Positions 8,823 through 16,007 are shown, counted from the stretch's first letter. The stretch is DNA of 20,000 bases from an uncultured virus (IMG/VR IMGVR_UViG_3300012001_000011) (IMGVR_UViG_3300012001_000011), one strand, 5' to 3'. Notes: generated by a model not told the origin, from the letters alone. Numbers and translations are program-made.

Positions 8823-9574
8823 GCTGCCGCCAGTTCTTTTTCAGCGTCGGCCAGAACGGTTTCCTGATCGGGCGTCAGCAGGAAGTTTTTGCGCACGTCG
8901 GCGGGCAGATAGCCATCGTTCTTGACGGCCGCAATGGCGTTGTCGAAGCGCTTGCCGTTGATGGTTGACTTCTGAACCGGCTTAGCCTCGCGCTCGGGCG
9001 CAGCGCTGCGCCCGTCATCGTCCGCTTCTTTTGCCGCAAGGCCGCACGAGCCCAGCAGGGTATAGCGCTGCAAGTAGGTGATGGTCGATGCAATCTGCTG
9101 GATCGCGTTTTTCTTGCCCGAGTTATCAGGCGGCGATTCCATGGACGTAGACTTGCTGTAGCCCATGTTGTGCGTCAGCGTGCAAGTCACCTTGATCATG
9201 CCGCTATCAGGCTGCTCGGTATCCCAGTCGTGGCTGATGCCGTTTTCCGCCAGCAGGCCGATGACAGCCTCGCAGATGGCGCCAAGCGTCGCATGGTTGT
9301 AGTTCGTGCCGCTGAACGACACGTTCTTATCCTTGTAGATGCTCGGCGCGTTCTTCTTGAATTCAGCCATGGCCCGCACGTATGCTTGGCGCGCTTCGTT
9401 CGCCTGCTGGCGCTCCATCAAATCCATGAACTTGCTGATTTCTTCGATGCTTGCGCCGCGCTGCGTGACCATGCTCAGCAACTCCATCGGGGTCGTTGCA
9501 AGTTGCTGCATTGGTTGCGCCCGCATTGCACCGGCCTGCTGCTGGTGCTCGATAATTTCCATTCCGTCGCTCAT
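8819..9574 (-). CDS. erf: ERF-family single-strand annealing recombinase, 251 aa
   Basis: YNHATL...LAENGIS...VTCTLTH..G...KNAIQQIASTITYLQRYTL...DDDG; start at 9574 after AGGAG. Confidence 0.92.
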   Translation of the reverse strand: MSDGMEIIEHQQQAGAMRAQPMQQLATTPMELLSMVTQRGASIEEISKFMDLMERQQANEARQAYVRAMAEFKKNAPSIYKDKNVSFSGTNYNHATLGAICEAVIGLLAENGISHDWDTEQPDSGMIKVTCTLTHNMGYSKSTSMESPPDNSGKKNAIQQIASTITYLQRYTLLGSCGLAAKEADDDGRSAAPEREAKPVQKSTINGKRFDNAIAAVKNDGYLPADVRKNFLLTPDQETVLADAEKELAAA

Positions 9575-9575
9575 G

Positions 9576-9800
9576 TCATTCTCCTTTTTGTTTAATCTCG
9601 TCATACCCGACCATCGCGTTAAGCCGCGCCTCGGGCGATTCCTGCGCCGGCTGGCACTTCTGCGCCTGCTCCATAGCGCGCCGGTCGAGCTCGTCCTGGT
9701 GCTGCGCGCCGAACATAATTGCCATGACTGCCAAGAGGGTCAGCAGGACCACGAGGAATGCCATCAGGCCGGGCAGGGCTGCTTGTTCGCGGCGGGTCAT
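9576..9800 (-). CDS. Single-TM hypothetical protein, 74 aa (MTRREQAALPGLMAFLVV...)
   Basis: Hydrophobic segment; ATGA coupling at 9797-9800. Confidence 0.65.
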   Translation of the reverse strand: MTRREQAALPGLMAFLVVLLTLLAVMAIMFGAQHQDELDRRAMEQAQKCQPAQESPEARLNAMVGYDEIKQKGE

Positions 9801-9871
9801 GATGCGCTCCACCAAATAGCAACTAAAACGATCCAAGGCGCGAGGCAGGCGGCGTATTTGAGGGTGGTCAT
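9797..9871 (-). CDS. 24-aa hydrophobic micropeptide MTTLKYAACLAPWIVLVAIWWSAS
   Basis: ATGA overlaps at both ends (9868-9871 and 9797-9800). Confidence 0.5.
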   Translation of the reverse strand: MTTLKYAACLAPWIVLVAIWWSAS

Positions 9872-10122
9872 TTGGCACGCTCGGAAAGCATGGCATCGGC
9901 ATATTCGTAGGCAGCAAATGCTACTTGCTCCTTCGGCGTGCGCCCTGATGCGATTGCGTTTTGCAGGGCATGTTCGCGCGCATCGTAGTCGGAAAATGAT
10001 GCGCAAAGTCCGTTGAGCGCCTTGGCCGCAAAGTAGTCCCGCATAGACAGGCCCATCTCACCATTGTTCAATCCGTGCGCCTCGGTTGCCGGGAATGCTG
10101 GCATGTTATCGGCGGCGCTCAC
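9868..10122 (-). CDS. Conserved phage protein of the PAFP...RDYFAAKA...AY..ADAML family, 84 aa
   Basis: Signature motifs present; GTGA coupling. Confidence 0.85.
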   Translation of the reverse strand: MSAADNMPAFPATEAHGLNNGEMGLSMRDYFAAKALNGLCASFSDYDAREHALQNAIASGRTPKEQVAFAAYEYADAMLSERAK

Positions 10123-10328
10123 AGCACCCTCGCCATCATCGTTGCCGACACTTCGCGGCGCTCCAGCTCGTCGCAGTAGATGATCACGGCGACGCCATCA
10201 GCGCGCGGCATTGCTTCGCGCAGCTCGTCGTCAGTCATCAGGCTGGCGCGGCGCTTGAGTTCGTGGCGGACCAGGTAATTGCCAGCAGCCCAAAGCAGGG
10301 CGATGGCTAAGAGGAAAAGGACGATCAT
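10119..10328 (-). CDS. Hypothetical protein with N-terminal hydrophobic anchor, 69 aa
   Basis: RBS AAGGAG; coupled to the next gene. Confidence 0.7.
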   Translation of the reverse strand: MIVLFLLAIALLWAAGNYLVRHELKRRASLMTDDELREAMPRADGVAVIIYCDELERREVSATMMARVL

Positions 10329-10447
10329 GTGTTTCTCCTTGGTTATTGGGCCAAAAGGGGCGGGCCACTCCGCTGGAAATACCGGTTGATGGGATATTCC
10401 GCAGCCCGCTTCGTTTGGTGACTGCGTAACGTGCAGTCAGGCGGTTA

Positions 10448-10639
10448 TTAGGCGAACGGCGAGTGCTTCGACGGGCGCGCGCTGGCCGACTTCTTGAAAA
10501 GCGCGTTGCTCAATTTCCTGACCATTTTTGCTGCATCGACTGCCATAGCGTATTGAGCTTCGGCGCTTGGTTGTGCCATTGGAATCGAGGTGCGGCGCTT
10601 TGCTCGGGCAGTACCACGGGCTACTTTCATCGTCTTCAT
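10448..10639 (-). CDS. Basic 63-aa protein with Arg-rich motif, candidate N-like antiterminator
   Basis: RBS AAGGAG; ARGTARAKRR near the N-terminus; function is inferred. Confidence 0.55.
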   Translation of the reverse strand: MKTMKVARGTARAKRRTSIPMAQPSAEAQYAMAVDAAKMVRKLSNALFKKSASARPSKHSPFA

Positions 10640-11028
10640 GTGCTTTCTCCTTGTTTGAATTAGGTGCCGGTCTGTTCCCGACTGTCAGGTGCGCTGTATC
10701 TTTACGCGGAACTTTCCGCACCATTCCCCGCGTGTGGCTATCGGGCTACTTTCATCGTTACGAACTTGCCGGCTCAAACTTCACCGGGATCTTCGTGACG
10801 GGTACTAGCCGTCAAAATCCAGTCATGCGATAACCACAGGGGAGGCGGCTGGCGTGTGCGATGCCGTCTGTACGGCTATGGCTCTGCCTCTAGGCTCGAC
10901 CACATGCAACCAACCACCTCCACTCTGGTGACTCCTTACGGGAGTCATTCGGCCAATATCGCTAGCAAGCGGATTACACCGTTATCTCGGGGCTGGTCGT
11001 GTCGGGAGCCACCCGTATCGGCACGAAG
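10640..11028 (-). ncRNA. Candidate structured leader RNA
   Basis: 12-bp stem 10841-10852/10910-10921 with G-U pairs possible only on the minus strand, plus hairpins 10796-10814, 10863-10876, 10929-10947 and 10666-10682. Confidence 0.45.
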
Positions 11029-11256
11029 TCAGGTGCCGCGCTGATCAAACAAAATCTTGAAGAGAAAATAAATCAGTACATACCCGACCGCGATGCAGGC
11101 CCACAGAAGCAGCCCAGCAGCCACGCCGATCCACATGGGCAGCGTCACAAGCCACCAGGGCGCTGACGCTAGCAAGGGCATGCCGATGGCCTTGAGCACG
11201 GTTAGCACTGCGCCGACGGTGAAAAAGATCGAGCCGAAGTTGTTGCGGGCGCTCAT
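11029..11256 (-). CDS. Small two-TM membrane protein, 75 aa
   Basis: VLTVLKAIG...PWWLVTLPMW motif; ATGA coupling at 11253-11256. Confidence 0.75.
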   Translation of the reverse strand: MSARNNFGSIFFTVGAVLTVLKAIGMPLLASAPWWLVTLPMWIGVAAGLLLWACIAVGYVLIYFLFKILFDQRGT

Positions 11257-11516
11257 GCTGCTACCCGAAACTCGTTGTGCCACTGGTGACGCTCAGCGCG
11301 GAACTCGCTGTTCTGCTGCCGCGCTTCCCGTGCCAGTTGCGCATCCACGCACTCAGCCATGGACAGCAGCGTGTTGACCGGGAAAATGTCGATCAGGTTG
11401 ATTGCGCTGTCGGCAGCGGTTACGCGGGTGATCACGCACTCGTCAGCGTCACGGGTGCCGAGCAGGTTCAGCAGCACGCCGTCGTGGTTGTAGTGGCGGA
11501 GGGTGAAGGCGGTCAT
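11253..11516 (-). CDS. Hypothetical protein, 87 aa
   Basis: ATGA coupling on both sides. Confidence 0.7.
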   Translation of the reverse strand: MTAFTLRHYNHDGVLLNLLGTRDADECVITRVTAADSAINLIDIFPVNTLLSMAECVDAQLAREARQQNSEFRAERHQWHNEFRVAA

Positions 11517-12121
11517 GCTGGCACCAGCTCACATTTAGCGCATACGCGGCGCAGTTCTTTTTCTTGAGCATCCCCTGCGGCAGCCCGTGCGGCAGCCCAT
11601 GCGGCACCCCGTGCGGCATCCCCTGCGGCAGCCCATGCGGCAGAAGATGCGGCACCCCGTGCGGCATCCCCTGCGGCAGCCCATGCGGCAGAAGATGCGG
11701 CAGCCCGTGCGGCAGCCCATGCGGCATCCCATGCGGCAGCCCATGCGGCATCCCCTGCGGCAGCCCATGCGGCAGCCCGTGCGGCAGCCCGTGCGGCAGC
11801 CCATGCGGCATCCCGTTCTTGCTGGCTCGCCTCGCCGTTCGCAAAGCGCTCAGCAACATCCAGCGCATCCGTGCTTCGCTTATCGGTCATTAGGTGTTGA
11901 ACCTGCCGTGCGCACCAGACTGCGAACAGGCGGATTTCCTTGTCTCGGCCTTGCACAGCACGAAGGCACCACAGCGCATCATCCAAGCCATTGCTATCGA
12001 GAATTTGCACAATGCTGACCGGCTCGTCGTCAGCCTTTGTCTTGCACAGCGTGCGCAGTAGTTTTTCCCAGCCTGAGTGGCATGGCGAATGCTCGCGGAT
12101 TTCGTTCAGGGTAGTTTTCAT
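11513..12121 (-). CDS. Imm5-like domain protein with Ala-rich tetrapeptide repeats, 202 aa
   Basis: MKTTLNEIREHSPC..GW..LL; RLFAVWCARQV..DALDVAERFANGE; repeats AAWA/AARA/AAGD; start at 12121 after AAGGA. Confidence 0.8.
   Translation of the reverse strand: MKTTLNEIREHSPCHSGWEKLLRTLCKTKADDEPVSIVQILDSNGLDDALWCLRAVQGRDKEIRLFAVWCARQVQHLMTDKRSTDALDVAERFANGEASQQERDAAWAAARAAARAAAWAAAGDAAWAAAWDAAWAAARAAASSAAWAAAGDAARGAASSAAWAAAGDAARGAAWAAARAAAGDAQEKELRRVCAKCELVPA
11568..11814. repeat. 12-bp tandem repeat GCA-N5-TGCG, 20 units
   Basis: Read directly from the sequence; units 4-7 are duplicated exactly as units 8-11 (48-bp higher-order repeat). Confidence 0.97.
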
Positions 12122-12129
12122 GTCCGTCC

Positions 12130-12282
12130 TTATCGTGCGCACTCGGCGCTTTGTGCAAACCACCCAAGCTGCCGGCGAATCTCGGCAGGCGAGGGTGGCG
12201 GCGTCTTGACCTTCGGGGCCGTCCAGCGAGCCTGCGTAAAGGCCCTGAAGGCTTCTTTTGGCGGGTGGCTGAGGGTAGTCAT
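12130..12282 (-). CDS. 50-aa protein MTTLSHPPKEAFRAF...PPPSPAEIRRQLGW (not in the ORF track)
   Basis: ATGA coupling to the antirepressor stop; PPPS.EEIRRQLGW motif recalled from Oxalobacteraceae small proteins. Confidence 0.75.
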   Translation of the reverse strand: MTTLSHPPKEAFRAFTQARWTAPKVKTPPPSPAEIRRQLGWFAQSAECAR

Positions 12283-12995
12283 TTGGCGCTCGCATCGGCA
12301 GGAGAATATTTGCGGACCAAAAACACTTGACCCGCGCCCGTCACCATCGCGGTAAATGTCGGATGCTTGGCGCCCTTGCTGTCAACAAACGGCTCCTGCT
12401 CGTTGACCGTGAAATATTCGCGGTCGATGTACTTCTGATACGGCAGGTTGCTTTGCATCAAAATGCCGTCGTCGCGCATCTTCTTGAAAAGCTTGTTGCG
12501 CCCGATGCCGATGGTCTTGGCAATTTTTTCGATGTGGCACACGCCGTCGATTGAGCGGATGGCTTCGGCGAAGGCAACCTTCGGCGCGTCAGCAGCAACC
12601 CGAGCGGTAAGCGCCAGCTTGGCCTCGAACTGCTCGGCCCATGCGCGGGCGGCGATGGCGGGGTTGGTGAAGTCGGGCAGGGTTACGGACGATCCGACCT
12701 CAAGCTCTGCCATGCGGTCGTAGACTTTCGCCTGCACTGGATACGACTCAGACATCACCATCAGTGACGCCTCGCGCTTCGGCAGGCGATAGCATGGGTA
12801 CGATTGGCCGTTCTGCGCATGAATGTAGGTGTCGGAAAATTTTCCGCTACCCTCACCAAGCACGCGAGCAACTTTTTTCATGAAGTCGGCATGTGCCATC
12901 TCTGGCTTGCCAGCATCCCGCATCGAATTGATGAGCGCGACCAACTCCAGGCTCGTCATCGTCGCAACGCCGACCATCAGGTCACGGGAACCCAT
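12279..12995 (-). CDS. Phage antirepressor (Rha-like N-domain plus KilAC/ANT C-domain)
   Basis: TMTSLEL...H.DFMKK...QNGQSYPCYRLPKREA; LPDFTNPA.AARAWAEQ; APKVAF...IGRNKLF..MR...NLPYQKY...VTGAGQ. Confidence 0.92.
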   Translation of the reverse strand: MGSRDLMVGVATMTSLELVALINSMRDAGKPEMAHADFMKKVARVLGEGSGKFSDTYIHAQNGQSYPCYRLPKREASLMVMSESYPVQAKVYDRMAELEVGSSVTLPDFTNPAIAARAWAEQFEAKLALTARVAADAPKVAFAEAIRSIDGVCHIEKIAKTIGIGRNKLFKKMRDDGILMQSNLPYQKYIDREYFTVNEQEPFVDSKGAKHPTFTAMVTGAGQVFLVRKYSPADASAK

Positions 12996-13135
12996 TACGC
13001 AACCACCTTCGCGCCAAACGAAAAACTGGCAAATGCGGCTATAGGCGCAACCGGCGCGGCGAAATCGAAAGCTGGCACTGGCTCACCGGCTTGTTGCGCT
13101 GCTGCTGCGAGTGCTGCTAATTCGGCTGCTGACAT
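12995..13135 (-). CDS. 46-aa Ala-rich first gene of the PL operon (not in the ORF track)
   Basis: RBS AGGAG; MSAAELAALAAAAQQAGEPVPAFDFAAPVAPIAAFASFSFGAKVVA; TAATG coupling to the antirepressor. Confidence 0.6.
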   Translation of the reverse strand: MSAAELAALAAAAQQAGEPVPAFDFAAPVAPIAAFASFSFGAKVVA

Positions 13136-13171
13136 GATTGGCTCCTGTGTGATTGGTGAGGCAATGAACAC

Positions 13172-13233
13172 AGTATCAGGCTAAACCTTAAAACATGCAA
13201 GGCCTAACCTGAAATATTTTTCAGGTTAAGCCT
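13172..13233 (-). promoter_or_regulatory. PL promoter with operators OL1-3
   Basis: TTGCAT(13200-13195)-17 bp-GATACT(13177-13172); AGGCTAAACCT 13178-13188, AGGCCTAACCT 13200-13210, AGGTTAAGCCT 13223-13233. Confidence 0.88.
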
Positions 13234-13700
13234 AAATTTTCTGATACTATTCTTCTGTCGCTGGGATTTGGGGCGACCGCTGGCCTTGCACAAAGCAACA
13301 GGGGGTCAGGGAAAGGCAGAACTGCTACCTGGTAATGCGGGGGGGCGAAGTTTGAGATCTGCACGCGGAGGCGAAGAGAGAACCGCGAACTGAAAGTCTG
13401 TCGGATGGTGCCTCGCGTACGCGCTGTACGAGTCGAGCTAACGCCTGAAGGTGTAGAAGCCACGCGCTTGCGCTCGCACGTGTATTAGTTATGGTTACGG
13501 GGTTAGGGGCAAGAAAAAAGATAACAATAAAAGAAGGAAAAATATACCTGCGAACGAAGTTCGCCAGCGTCGCGAAGCGATGCGGGGAAGCAACCGAAGG
13601 GCGCAGCGAAGCGAAGGCAGTACTTGTTCGGTGTATAGATAACAGTAGAGCCGCCACATAGGTTTAGAGCATGCTGTATCTAATACGCGAGGCGCGAGCC

Positions 13701-13709
13701 TGTGGATAA
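13701..13709 (-). promoter_or_regulatory. Perfect DnaA-box sequence TTATCCACA
   Basis: TGTGGATAA on the + strand; function unproven. Confidence 0.4.
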
Positions 13710-13730
13710 CGTTGGATGCCCGACTTGGGC

Positions 13731-13755
13731 AAAGAAAAGCCCCGGCTGGCGGGGC
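13731..13755 (-). terminator. Rho-independent terminator
   Basis: GCCCCG-ccagc-CGGGGC followed by TTTTCTTT on the minus strand. Confidence 0.8.
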
Positions 13756-13771
13756 GTAGGGGATGATGATG

Positions 13772-14023
13772 ATGGGAAATATTGAAGAGTTAGGTCCAGA
13801 ATTCTCCAGCGAAGACTTTGTGAGGGCAATGTTCAACGTCGTCGTTGCCATGGTTCGCAAGTCTGGCGCTCAAGAATTCAGGATGAAGGTCGAGAACGGC
13901 CATGGAGATTTCGTGTGGGTAGATTCAAGCTTGTCGCCCGATCATGGCGTCCACTGGCTTACTGCGGCGGCGGCACCACTACCGATCGCTGCGACTCAGG
14001 AATCCGCGCATGAGCCTGTTTAG
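13772..14023 (+). CDS. Possible hypothetical protein (MGNIEELGPEF...), overlapping the next gene convergently
   Basis: Protein-like N-terminal 60 aa; GGGGA upstream; start uncertain among four tandem ATGs. Confidence 0.4.
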   Translation: MGNIEELGPEFSSEDFVRAMFNVVVAMVRKSGAQEFRMKVENGHGDFVWVDSSLSPDHGVHWLTAAAAPLPIAATQESAHEPV

Positions 14024-14288
14024 CGGCGGCTTTAGTGGCGTGGTAATTTGCCATATCAGTGCCAATTTGCCGAGCTGTCGGCCATTGCGCAGCATCAATC
14101 GACGGCGTGCTACTTGACAATGCAAGCTCGACCGGAAAGCCCGCATCAATGTTGGATACCATGGCTTTTCGCCAGTTGTTCAACACCTTGCTGGCGCGGT
14201 GGACTGTATCTGCATTCTGGTCGCACTTGCGAATTGCGTCCTCGTGCGCCTTCAATGTGGCTTGATATTCTTCAATTTCGGATGCCAT
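13959..14288 (-). CDS. Accessory hypothetical protein, 109 aa
   Basis: Helical composition; purine-rich RBS; TACAAT (14354-14349) and a leader hairpin upstream. Confidence 0.75.
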   Translation of the reverse strand: MASEIEEYQATLKAHEDAIRKCDQNADTVHRASKVLNNWRKAMVSNIDAGFPVELALSSSTPSIDAAQWPTARQIGTDMANYHATKAAAKQAHARIPESQRSVVVPPPQ

Positions 14289-14439
14289 AGTTTCTCTTTC
14301 ATAGTTGGTGGACGCGCCCGTAGCCGGGAAGCAGGCGGGCGCGCTTCATTGTAGCTAGAAAGATATTGTTATAGCGGGGAAGTTTAGAGCATTACCGCGA
14401 GGCTGCGGGCGCTGTAGGGCTGCCGTGGGCGTAGGTGTT

Positions 14440-14462
14440 AAAAAGCCCGCTCGGGGCGGGCT
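14440..14462 (-). terminator. Rho-independent terminator
   Basis: AGCCCGC-cccga-GCGGGCT followed by TTTT, just after the 303-aa gene. Confidence 0.85.
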
Positions 14463-14468
14463 GGGATG

Positions 14469-15380
14469 CTACTCGGGGGCTGGCGCGAACAAAGTTGACT
14501 GATGCCCAATGTGATGCTCCAGCACCTCAACAACATGGTATGTTGTCTCAATCCTCGCCCCGCGCTCATGCTGAATAATCTTCATCCTCACACGGATGCG
14601 GTCGCCTTTCCCAAATCTTGCGACGCCGCTGCCGATCTTCGCCAGAAAATCCTGGTCCTCCATGAATGCGTAAAATGTTTGGCCGTTATTGAGCTTCCAC
14701 TTATTATCATCCTTGAAAGTAACGGATTCGATCAGGCATACTTGCTCGATTACATTTGAATTCAGTTCGACTGAGCTTTCGTCGTACGAGAACCATTCAG
14801 ACTCATCTTTGGTGACGACCGCCTCCGGCGTAGCGGTTCGGCCCGCTGCGAACACGTCGATTCCATCTTGCATCAGTGGGCGAATCACCTGGTGAAGCGA
14901 TTTCCTGACCACCTTATCTTGCCAAAGTTTTCCCGTTTCCAGGTCGATAACTAGGCGCTCGATTATTTCATCCTGGACAATGGTGAGAACTGCATTATTG
15001 TTTTCATACTCAATCTTCGATGGCTTGCGCCCCTTCAAGCGCTTCAGCAATCCAATCAGACCGCTGCCGCCAACTAGGCCGAGAGCTGTAAGGACTGTCA
15101 ACAGGTTTGCTGTAGCGGTCGGCCCTTGGCCGGCAAGCAGGGATGTGATTTGCTCATAGATCGTATGAACTGCTGAAAGATCGACCCCGAATGAGCCGCC
15201 CTTAAAAGTCCCTTTCACATTGACCTGCACGTCCGCCTTATCGCCATAAAGCGAGTGGCTGGCAGCCTTGATCATATCGGAGAGGGCAAGTAGCGCTGGC
15301 GCCAGCTCACGGACATCCATTTCGTGCGTCACGAGCGCCGGGCCGTCATACTTGATTGAGAATTTTGTTGATGTAGTCAT
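14469..15380 (-). CDS. Accessory protein of unknown function, 303 aa
   Basis: I.YDGPAL..HEMDVRELAPALL...GSF N-domain; KWKL...D..FL.KI....RF.KGD.I.V C-domain; own terminator. Confidence 0.88.
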   Translation of the reverse strand: MTTSTKFSIKYDGPALVTHEMDVRELAPALLALSDMIKAASHSLYGDKADVQVNVKGTFKGGSFGVDLSAVHTIYEQITSLLAGQGPTATANLLTVLTALGLVGGSGLIGLLKRLKGRKPSKIEYENNNAVLTIVQDEIIERLVIDLETGKLWQDKVVRKSLHQVIRPLMQDGIDVFAAGRTATPEAVVTKDESEWFSYDESSVELNSNVIEQVCLIESVTFKDDNKWKLNNGQTFYAFMEDQDFLAKIGSGVARFGKGDRIRVRMKIIQHERGARIETTYHVVEVLEHHIGHQSTLFAPAPE

Positions 15381-15528
15381 GCGCCAATTTTACCAAGATA
15401 CCGTGAAAATAAGCTGAATTTCTTGCAATTTAGATCCCGGCCGCACACCTCCCGCAGCCGCTCCCCGCGCCTACATGGGCGCCAGTTGTAAACTTTTTGA
15501 TGTTGATGTACAGTACGCAAAGTGGTAG

Positions 15529-15552
15529 GCGGGCCGGCTCACACCGACCCGC
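15529..15552 (-). terminator. Hairpin (probable terminator) after the 31-aa peptide gene
   Basis: GCGGGTCGG-tgtgag-CCGGCCCGC; weak U-tract. Confidence 0.5.
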
Positions 15553-15558
15553 TTCCCG

Positions 15559-15654
15559 CTAGGAGGAAAGCCAACTTATGAGCGCGTGCAAAATTGCCGC
15601 GAGTGCCCACAAGTTGATTTCCACCTTCACTACTTTGGTTGCAAACTTAAACAT
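15559..15654 (-). CDS. 31-aa hydrophobic peptide MFKFATKVVKVEINLWALAAILHALISWLSS (not in the ORF track)
   Basis: AAGG RBS, structured leader, TAAAAT at 15713-15708 and a 3' hairpin. Confidence 0.55.
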   Translation of the reverse strand: MFKFATKVVKVEINLWALAAILHALISWLSS

Positions 15655-15747
15655 GGCAAACGCCTTGTTGTCGTCGGCAGGCCTGCCAACTGGTTGAGGG
15701 TTGGCTGATTTTATAGTCCCTGTGCCAGGGACTAGGCATCATCGATC

Positions 15748-15990
15748 TGCAGACCGTTGATACCACCAAGCCGAGCGCAATCTATGGATTGCGTTTCGGT
15801 ACTTGGTTGAGCTTGAATTGATTGAGGTAGCCCAGCATCGCGGCTTGCATTACCCGCCATCCAGCGGGACGGCTCGACGGTCGCAATGTTGGACCTCTTT
15901 CAATTCGCACCACAAGCGGGTTAGCTGCCCGCACACCGAGTGCTACCTCGGATTCTTGCCCCCCCGCGCCCACCTGGGCGGGGAGTATTT
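15748..15990 (+). ncRNA. Candidate structured RNA
   Basis: Outer stem 15748-15760/15874-15885 enclosing hairpins, followed by three more hairpins; G-U pairs favour the + strand. Confidence 0.4.
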
Positions 15991-16007
15991 ATTTCATGGC
16001 GTGCGTT

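Noticed and set aside
11568..11814. CRISPR-like array
   Set aside because: Contiguous 12-bp coding repeats with no unique spacers and no cas genes; the same applies to 19804-20000
11449..12018. Alternative-frame repeat ORFs (PHGL, CRMG, PCGS, RQPM), including Cys-rich metallothionein-like readings
   Set aside because: They are stop-free shadows of the 12-bp repeat; only the Ala-rich frame has a conserved domain, an RBS and gene coupling
12122..12295. N-terminal extension giving the 260-aa ORF
   Set aside because: A better RBS precedes 12121, and a separate coupled 50-aa gene occupies this interval
13221..13860. Minus-strand ORFs of 80, 110 and 121 aa
   Set aside because: No RBS or recognisable motifs; low-complexity translations, and the 121-aa one crosses a terminator
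15495..15515. LexA (SOS) box near GTACAGT
   Set aside because: Only a half-site; no CTGT-N8-ACAG palindrome
15660..15990. tRNA, retron msr-msd or hammerhead ribozyme
   Set aside because: No T-loop or cloverleaf, no reverse transcriptase in the window and no CUGANGA/GAAA core seen
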